Assembly: GCA_001001485.1 (NCBI GenBank)
Contig: LCKO01000006.1
Coordinates: 4,350-68,349, forward strand
DNA: 64,000 nt
From: Candidatus Collierbacteria bacterium GW2011_GWB2_45_17
GTDB lineage: Bacteria; Patescibacteriota; Microgenomatia; UBA1400; MFAQ01
Direction: 5' to 3'
Positions 63,193-64,000 of this stretch are shown one piece after another; within the stretch, counting starts at the first letter, position 1; each line of letters starts with the position of its first letter. A program made the position numbers and the translations under genes. The notes beneath the pieces were generated by a model. It did not search any database, was not told the origin of the DNA, and worked only from the letters and a program-made list of their open reading frames with translations.

Positions 63193-64000
63193 TTAGTTTA
63201 TCATCTTTAACTCCGACTCGATAAAACCATCGAGATTGCCATCCAGAACAGAGTCCGGATTGGTTTCTTCATACTGGGTTCTTAGATCTTTGACCAATTT
63301 ATACGGGTGGAGAACGTATGAGCGAATTTGATGTCCCCAACTGGCGATAGTCACACTGCCTTTTATCAAGTTGAGTTCTTCTTGGCGTTTGGCTTCTTGA
63401 ACTTCCCAAAGTTTAGACTTAAGAACTTGCATGGCAATTTTGCGATTGGCATCTTGATAACGCTGAGTTTGACACTCCACCACGATACCTGAAGGGAGAT
63501 GCTTGATGCGAACTGCGGTGCTGACCTTATTGACATTCTGGCCGCCGGCACCACTGGCTCGGCTGGCTTCGAACTCCAGATCTTCGTCGCGAATTTCAAT
63601 TTCTGTTTCTTCCGGAAGAAGAGGCATAACCTCGACCCCGGCAAAAGATGTCTGTCTCAGCTTATCGGCATTAAAAGGAGATTGACGGACTAATCGATGG
63701 GTTCCTTTTTCGTTTTTTAAATATCCGTAGGCAAAACGTCCACGAACCAAATAGGTAACGGACTTGATACCAACTTCTTCCCCGGCCGAGTACTCAATCG
63801 TCTCAAAAGTCCAACCTCTTTTCTCGAAGAAACGAGTGTACATCCGAGACAACATGCTAGCCCAGTCCATAGCTTCGGTACCACCCTGACCGGCTTTGAT
63901 CGAGACGATGGCTTCGGAAAGATCGTATTTTCCCGACAAAAAAGTAACCAGTTCGACTCTTTCGACACTTTTAACTAAGGTTTGAAAAAATATCTCCACT
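63193..64000 (-). CDS. prfB: Peptide chain release factor 2 (5'-partial)
   Basis: HRLVRQSPF, GAGGQNVNK and WGHQIRSYVLHPY motifs. Confidence 0.96.
   Translation of the reverse strand, partial: VEIFFQTLVKSVERVELVTFLSGKYDLSEAIVSIKAGQGGTEAMDWASMLSRMYTRFFEKRGWTFETIEYSAGEEVGIKSVTYLVRGRFAYGYLKNEKGTHRLVRQSPFNADKLRQTSFAGVEVMPLLPEETEIEIRDEDLEFEASRASGAGGQNVNKVSTAVRIKHLPSGIVVECQTQRYQDANRKIAMQVLKSKLWEVQEAKRQEELNLIKGSVTIASWGHQIRSYVLHPYKLVKDLRTQYEETNPDSVLDGNLDGFIESELKMIN

Noticed and set aside
63193-64000. prfB programmed frameshift or alternative genetic code
   Set aside because: The 5' end is outside the window. RF2 and normal TGA stops indicate the standard bacterial code.

Overview
This is a gene-dense window, mostly on the minus strand. 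Gene content and compactness suggest a Patescibacteria/CPR (Microgenomates-like) chromosome, which is an inference; RF2 carries the SPF motif and TGA is used as a stop codon. About 43 kb (4.4-47.6 kb) is a large surface-glycosylation locus with about 16 GT-C-type membrane glycosyltransferases (five in a tandem paralogue array), 11 GT2, 2 GT4, two Wzx flippases and a GT2-GtrA fusion. It is followed by trmD, dTDP-rhamnose genes (with an RmlA-RmlB fusion), tsaB/tsaE, ftsEX with a circularly permuted M23 protein, and prfB. The left end holds AbiEi/AbiEii and RelE/XRE toxin-antitoxin pairs. Three non-obvious signals stand out. (1) Both DUF3800 genes end against a convergent, promoter-preceded hairpin RNA, and the two RNAs share a CGUG..CGGAU..CAU..GC core. 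(2) Both four-helix-bundle (IVP/Avd-like) genes are bracketed by inverted 7- or 8-mer tandem arrays, and orphan arrays of the same type sit in frame inside other genes, including trmD. (3) At least 13 REP-like palindromes occur, many translated in frame in the same loops of paralogous glycosyltransferases. Many genes have a -10 box 6-8 nt before the start codon, suggesting leaderless mRNAs. I saw no rRNA, tRNA, CRISPR array or transposase. All family calls come from motif recognition, not database searches.
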